In this document: in pieces, positions 27,880-32,000 of the stretch
Layout of the letters: each line of letters starts with the position of its first letter
Position numbering within the stretch: position 1 is the first letter of the stretch
Source: Desulfotalea psychrophila LSv54
Lineage (GTDB): Bacteria > Desulfobacterota > Desulfobulbia > Desulfobulbales > Desulfocapsaceae
Reading direction: 5' to 3'
Assembly (NCBI RefSeq): GCF_000025945.1
Contig: NC_006138.1
Span: 2,670,001-2,702,000, forward strand
DNA length: 32,000 bases
Program-made: the position numbers and the translations under genes
The notes under the pieces: model-generated
The model's input: only the letters and a program-made list of their open reading frames with translations
The model's database searches: none
What the model was told of the DNA's origin: nothing

Positions 27880-28700
27880 GTTCCTATACCTATGTTTCAA
27901 GAAAGTTTGCGGCAAGGATACTCCCAAAAATAGTGTTGAAAAGTATCCGAATTTGGCCAAGAAACAATCAGTTCCTATCCGCATTACGGACCATCTTTTT
28001 ATCCTCAAACGATTTTTCGATACTTTCAATCTGCTTGTGTGTGGTTAACCTTTTGAGCTTTTGTCGTCAAATAAGTTCTGGGTAGTTTTCAGATTGATTT
28101 TTCAAACAATTGTACGATAAAATGTCTATTTCTTAACTCACTATATTGTCATATTTACCCAACCATAGCAAAGAGTACGTAGCTTTTTCCTGGTTCCAGC
28201 CATTTCGATAAGTAGGCTTGCAATCATCGCAAAAGTGCTTCTGGCTGTTAATACTTGTTGACGCAAACAGGTGTATTATCCAATGCCTTCACGGTTTTTC
28301 AGTAAGTTAAATGACCTTTCTATATTTTTGCGCCTATCTATGGCTTTTTGGGCCAAGTTACTGTTGATAGGTACCGCTGAACGTACCCTTCTTCAGTTAG
28401 CCCCAAACGAATCATTGGAATTTCGCACAGATCATCGCACATTACGGACAGTGTTTCTGGCTCTACATCGTCCGACAGAACTGTTGATTTAGAAACAGGA
28501 GTAATCAAGTGCACTCCTGTTTCTGCCAAGATTGATCCATCTTTATCGTTATAGGCTTGGTTGCCTATTATAAGTTTCATCTCAATGACCACTGCCTGGG
28601 CACATTCAATAAGAGGTCTAAGGAACAGGCTATCATGATGATTAGCTAGGGCAAGTAATGAAATAAGAGGAAAACTATGACCTGTTGTGGGTTTATGACT
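27880..28700 (-). mobile_element. degenerate DDE transposase remnants (IS4/IS1380-like), multiply frameshifted
   Basis: Minus-strand frames read: LISLLALANHHDSLFLRPLIE...KLIIGNQAYNDKDGSILAETGVHLITPV (DDE region); RRKNIERSFNLLKNREGIG (the R..IE..F..LK motif, in a different frame); and KQIESIEKSFEDKKMVRNADRN followed by LFLGQI (IS1380-like N-terminal motif, downstream and out of order). No intact ORF and no identifiable terminal inverted repeats. Confidence 0.5.
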
Positions 28701-28710
28701 GTCAAGGTAT

Positions 28711-28750
28711 GAGGCCGATGCAGGGATAAGTCTATCCCAACATCGGCCTC
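28711..28750 (-). terminator. strong hairpin downstream of the second phosphatase gene
   Basis: GAGGCCGATG (28711-28720) pairs with CATCGGCCTC (28741-28750), with an inner GGGATA/TATCCC stem. No clear U-tract. Confidence 0.5.
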
Positions 28751-28762
28751 TGCAACCGCACT

Positions 28763-29614
28763 TTATCTGTTGGCAGGCCAGGAGGCCAGAGGCAGATTCT
28801 CGGACAGAGCTGCGGCTTCGCCCTTACAGTCAACTGTCAAGGGAAGCGCCTTGGCGCGAAGGGCCTGCACCTCAGCCTTGGCGGCCTCTATCTCAGCCAG
28901 AAAGGCCGGATCGGAGTGTAATTTAGCAACCGCCGCAGCCCCCATGACTTGCCCCATCAGCACATCGCTCTGCCAGTGAACATTACAGATTATTCGGCTC
29001 TGGCCAAAGGCCCAGCCACGGGCAAGAATGGCATCAGTCTGCTCAGGTGCAACCTCAACAAGAATCAGGGCCCAGGCCCAGCCTATGGCCGTATGACCAG
29101 AGGGGAAGGAGCCGGACTTCTTCATGTGCGCCTCCTTCGTCGGAGTACAGGTAGGCTCGCCATTAAGGACAAAGGGCCGGGTTCGTCTGTAGTGATTCTT
29201 GGCCTTGGTGGTAGAGAGTATCGCATCGGCAATGGTTCGGCGCAGGAGCATATAGAGATGGGGTGTCTCCGCCTCACTGATGGGAAGGCCCAGGGCACAG
29301 GAGAAGGTCTCCGCCGCCTGGGGAAATTTCAACCTGGCATCTCTCTTGGCCAGATTCCACCGGGCTGTGCCCTGCAGGGCGTGGCTCTGCCTGTTCACCT
29401 CTCTATCAAGGGCAAAGGCGGTTGACCCTTCAGCGGGAGGGGGAGGAATAAGGGTTAAACTATTTGGCAGCATATCAACCGGCAGGTAGCCCTGCAAAAA
29501 ACCGGGGCGGATCTCCGGCACCGCTTGCAGAGCATTCTGTTCTTTCACTCCTGCACATCCTGCCAGCAGGGCCACACAGACTAAGACAAGACCAATTTTT
29601 ATTTTCCCCATCAT
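28763..29614 (-). CDS. class A (PAP2-type) nonspecific acid phosphatase, lipoprotein (paralogue of 18093..18935)
   Basis: Lipobox LLAGC. KNHYRRTRPF ... FPSGHTA ... SRIICNVHWQSDV. Collinear with the first copy over the full length. Confidence 0.9.
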   Translation of the reverse strand: MMGKIKIGLVLVCVALLAGCAGVKEQNALQAVPEIRPGFLQGYLPVDMLPNSLTLIPPPPAEGSTAFALDREVNRQSHALQGTARWNLAKRDARLKFPQAAETFSCALGLPISEAETPHLYMLLRRTIADAILSTTKAKNHYRRTRPFVLNGEPTCTPTKEAHMKKSGSFPSGHTAIGWAWALILVEVAPEQTDAILARGWAFGQSRIICNVHWQSDVLMGQVMGAAAVAKLHSDPAFLAEIEAAKAEVQALRAKALPLTVDCKGEAAALSENLPLASWPANR

Positions 29615-29741
29615 CTCTTTTCCTTATCGCCCTGTGGGCAGAACTCTGTTTATGGATAAAAACCACTACTTTGATCTTTAACATATCAAGTTGCAAGTTG
29701 TCAGCTATCAATGCCAGCTGGCAGTTATTAGCTATCAGCTG

Positions 29742-29765
29742 ACTGCAACTGCAACTGCAACTGCA
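29742..29765. repeat. hexanucleotide microsatellite (CTGCAA)x4
   Basis: Four perfect tandem CTGCAA units, 128-151 nt upstream of the phosphatase start codon at 29614. Confidence 0.9.
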
Positions 29766-30210
29766 ACAACGGTTAACCACTACTTAGAGAACACAGAGAT
29801 TTTTTAGGTAAACTACAGGTGTTGGGCCCCTGATGTTTGAAGGGCTGGCCTATGATGCCGTGCCCGATATCCAAGGGCAACGTCATCTGTAGAGCGGCCA
29901 CCTGGTGAAGATCTTTTCTAGACAAAGTTACCCTGTGCCTCCTTATTGGCATGTCTGGAATCATCGTCCCCAACTACTGGAAGAGTTGAGTCGCTTATTG
30001 CTTGGCTATGGTAGTCGGGGCTTGAATGGTGAGTTGGTCTAAAAACAGCAGCACCTGGCAGTAGCGGATGGTCGAGCATCCTGGAGCTGGCTTGAATGAC
30101 GACTGAAACAGAAAAGCTCCTTGACTTCTAAACGCCTGTTTTGTAACTGGTATTAGCTTGAGTTTACATAGGCGAATATTTGCGAGCAGGAGTACGATAA
30201 CTTGGTCCTC

Positions 30211-30242
30211 TCTTGAATGTGATCGAACGATCATATTCAAGA
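30211..30242. promoter_or_regulatory. 32-nt near-perfect palindrome upstream of the methyltransferase-tenA pair
   Basis: TCTTGAATGTGATCG-AA-CGATCATATTCAAGA, with 14 of 15 arm positions complementary. It ends 34 nt before the GTG start at 30277. Confidence 0.5.
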
Positions 30243-30276
30243 TCCCCTTTAGATATAGAATGAAAGGAGTTGCAAG

Positions 30277-30990
30277 GTGATTACATTTGATAACTATTCG
30301 GATTTGTATGATGCCTGGTTTCAACGCAATCAGGTGATTTTGGAATCCGAGCTGCGTCTGGTGGCTCATGTGTTGGGAAAAAATCCAGGTAGAACTCTGA
30401 GTGTAGGCTGCGGTACAGGTCTGTTTGAGCAGCTGTTGCAGTCACAGTATGGCATTTCCATAAGCGAAGGCGTGGAGCCTTGCGAGCCCATGGGGGCCAT
30501 TGCCCGTAAACGCGGAATGACAGTGGCCGAGGCCGGGGCAGAGCAGATGCCTTTGGAAGACGGCTTGTATGACACGGTGATGTTTAATGGTTCACCAGGC
30601 TATATCGCCGATCTGGACGCAGCAGTGCTGGAGGCCCATCGTTTGCTCAAGATGGGGGGCCGGATTTTATTGATCGATGTGCCTGCAGAAAGTTCCTACG
30701 GTCTTCTTTATCGTTTAGGTGGCGCCTATGGTGCCTGGGAAGATGAGCGACTACGGGGGGTATTGCCTGTCGAGCCCTATCCTGTTGAGTTGGCCGGTGG
30801 CGCAAACTGGCGGCCCACTCAGGATAAAATCGATGCTGCCCTGAAGGCAGGGTTTACTGATTTATCCTATGCGCAGACCCTGACCAGGCATCCTTGTTTT
30901 TCCGACACCACTCCAGAAGACCCCACAGCGGGCTATCAGTCCGGTGATTATGTGGCCGTGTCTGCGGTTAAGCCCCTGGCCGCTGGCTGA
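30277..30990 (+). CDS. class I SAM-dependent methyltransferase
   Basis: Motif I LSVGCGTGLFEQ, post-I acidic residue, and LLKMGGRILLIDV. GTG start 7 nt after AAAGGAG. Confidence 0.85.
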   Translation: MITFDNYSDLYDAWFQRNQVILESELRLVAHVLGKNPGRTLSVGCGTGLFEQLLQSQYGISISEGVEPCEPMGAIARKRGMTVAEAGAEQMPLEDGLYDTVMFNGSPGYIADLDAAVLEAHRLLKMGGRILLIDVPAESSYGLLYRLGGAYGAWEDERLRGVLPVEPYPVELAGGANWRPTQDKIDAALKAGFTDLSYAQTLTRHPCFSDTTPEDPTAGYQSGDYVAVSAVKPLAAG

Positions 30991-31008
30991 AAACAGAGGT
31001 CTGTTGAA

Positions 31009-31665
31009 ATGAGTGATACTACCTTTTACGGTCGCTGCCTTAAGGCCTGTGGATCGAGCTGGGAGCTGGCTGCGGCTCATCCTTTTGTGGAAGGGCTGGC
31101 TCGCGGCCGCCTCAGTGCAGAGCAGATGCAGACCTATTTGATTCAGGATGGCCTCTATCTGCAGAACTATGTACGAGTCTGCCGCCTGTTGGCTAATCGG
31201 GCCGCCATCGCTTCTGATCGGCTCCTTTTTGAATATTCTGCCCGTCTGTCGGCAGAGGCAGAGCTGGGGTTGCAGGCAGAGCTTTTTCAGGCCCTGGGGC
31301 TGGAATGGAGAAATGCGCCACCAGAGCCTGCCACTGTGGCCTATATCTATCGGGAAAGCGAGGCGATGCTACACTCTTCTGAGCTGGTGGCCCTTGCTGC
31401 GGCTACCCCTTGTACCGTGCTGTATGCCGAGGTAGGGCGGCGGTTGGCAGAGCGGCCGGAAGCGGCAGCAGCCAACCATCCCTTTCGTCTCTGGCTGGAT
31501 CTCTATGCAGATGCCTCGGTGCAGGAGATGGCCCGGCAGTGGATACAGTGCTTGAACAGGTGGGCGGCAACTGCCAAACGGTCTGCAGAAGAACAGGCCT
31601 TAGAGGCATTTGCTGTCAGTATGCAGTGCGAGGTGGATTTTTGGGAGCAGGCCTGGGGGGCCTGA
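31009..31665 (+). CDS. tenA: TenA-family protein (aminopyrimidine aminohydrolase / thiaminase II-like)
   Basis: [43 protein letters not shown] (the conserved Cys region), LWLDLYA, and C-terminal [10 protein letters not shown]. Confidence 0.8.
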   Translation: MSDTTFYGRCLKACGSSWELAAAHPFVEGLARGRLSAEQMQTYLIQDGLYLQNYVRVCRLLANRAAIASDRLLFEYSARLSAEAELGLQAELFQALGLEWRNAPPEPATVAYIYRESEAMLHSSELVALAAATPCTVLYAEVGRRLAERPEAAAANHPFRLWLDLYADASVQEMARQWIQCLNRWAATAKRSAEEQALEAFAVSMQCEVDFWEQAWGA

Positions 31666-31744
31666 GTAGCTATCCCTCAGGGGCAAGAGCCCTAGGGTTT
31701 GCCGGTGGAAACCTATGGCGAGGACTGGAAGATGCGCATTGCTC

Positions 31745-32000
31745 ATGCTAAAATTCTCACCATCAATCCCGACGTACTGCTCTAAACCTTGTCGAAGTAT
31801 CGCTTTCCAGAAACTTGATCGCAACCCTACCTGCTTGCCTCCTCGCGGAGGCTTAGTTTGTCGTAAGTCAACTGCCTGTAGCGATACATTGCCGTTTCAG
31901 CCAGTGACCCTCTGGTGGTATCCTGTGCTTTCCTGCCACTCTTTCAACACACCTTTTCGCAGTGCTCTTACAGCGTCATTTCTCGGGTGGCTTCCTCCCA
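31745..32000 (-). mobile_element. IS5-family (IS903-group-like) transposase C-terminal remnant, frameshifted, runs off the window
   Basis: The minus strand reads LKEWQESTGYHQR and then, after one extra G, SLAETAMYRYRQLTYDKLSLREEASR followed by a stop. GYH.RSLAET.M.R.KQL is the conserved C-terminal block of this transposase group. Confidence 0.5.

Noticed and set aside
27857-28592. ORFs 27857..28048, 27870..28085, 28271..28492 (plus strand) and 28338..28592 (minus strand) as genes
   Set aside because: The plus-strand ORFs are antisense to transposase-like fragments. The 84-aa minus ORF is itself just one frame-intact piece of the degenerate transposase.
29780-30276. TPP (THI-box) riboswitch upstream of the tenA-containing operon
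   Set aside because: I searched for the CUGAGA and ACCUGAUCUGGAUAAUGCCAGCG-type core. Only a loose ACCTGGCAGTAGCGG lacking the P5 hairpin is present, and there is no CUGAGA element.
29475-30369. Minus-strand ORFs 29475..29780, 29773..29973 and 29995..30369
   Set aside because: The first overlaps the phosphatase start and owes its CSCSCS stretch to the hexamer microsatellite. The third overlaps the methyltransferase start. None has an RBS or a recognisable motif.
31600-31824. Minus-strand 74-aa ORF overlapping the tenA 3' end
   Set aside because: It overlaps a well-supported gene in antisense. Its upstream part coincides with one frame of the decayed IS5-like tail.

Overview
Bacterial chromosomal window; the taxon cannot be determined from the sequence alone. 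It is a mosaic of housekeeping and accessory DNA. (1) ~830-5230 is a visibly AT-rich island with all genes on the minus strand. It carries defence-type families: a PD-(D/E)xK-like gene, a minimal TIR-like protein coupled to a small multi-TM protein, AbiH, DUF2971 and two small unknowns. Three of these genes are disrupted. (2) 5456-6460 holds three tandem copies, and 8325-8705 a fourth solo copy, of a GC-rich repeat with a ~195-200 nt core. The copies share long-range complementary segments and show compensatory substitutions, so this is a candidate structured RNA family. Together the copies bracket a small cassette: a truncated yggL-like remnant, a 91-aa ORF and a GntR/FCD regulator. (3) 10071-17321 is a histidine-utilisation locus: fused formimidoyltransferase-cyclodeaminase, hutI, long-form hutU and divergent hutH. 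(4) Next come an FCY1-type cytosine deaminase, a decayed duplicate of the truA 3' end, a class A acid phosphatase lipoprotein and intact truA. (5) A chemotaxis module follows: a protein with three CheW domains, then a soluble methyl-accepting chemotaxis protein with six tandem PAS-like modules. Each module carries a Cys-rich motif, and the gene contains a perfect 366-bp in-frame tandem duplication. (6) A GNAT / histone-deacetylase-family / YkgJ Cys-cluster operon, IS remnants, and a second acid phosphatase paralogue with a hexanucleotide microsatellite upstream. (7) A long untranslated region with repeated motifs precedes a methyltransferase-tenA pair, and a frameshifted IS5-family remnant lies at the window edge. 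The features most worth follow-up are the structured repeat family, the TIR plus membrane-protein pair, and the multi-PAS Cys-motif chemoreceptor with its triple-CheW partner.
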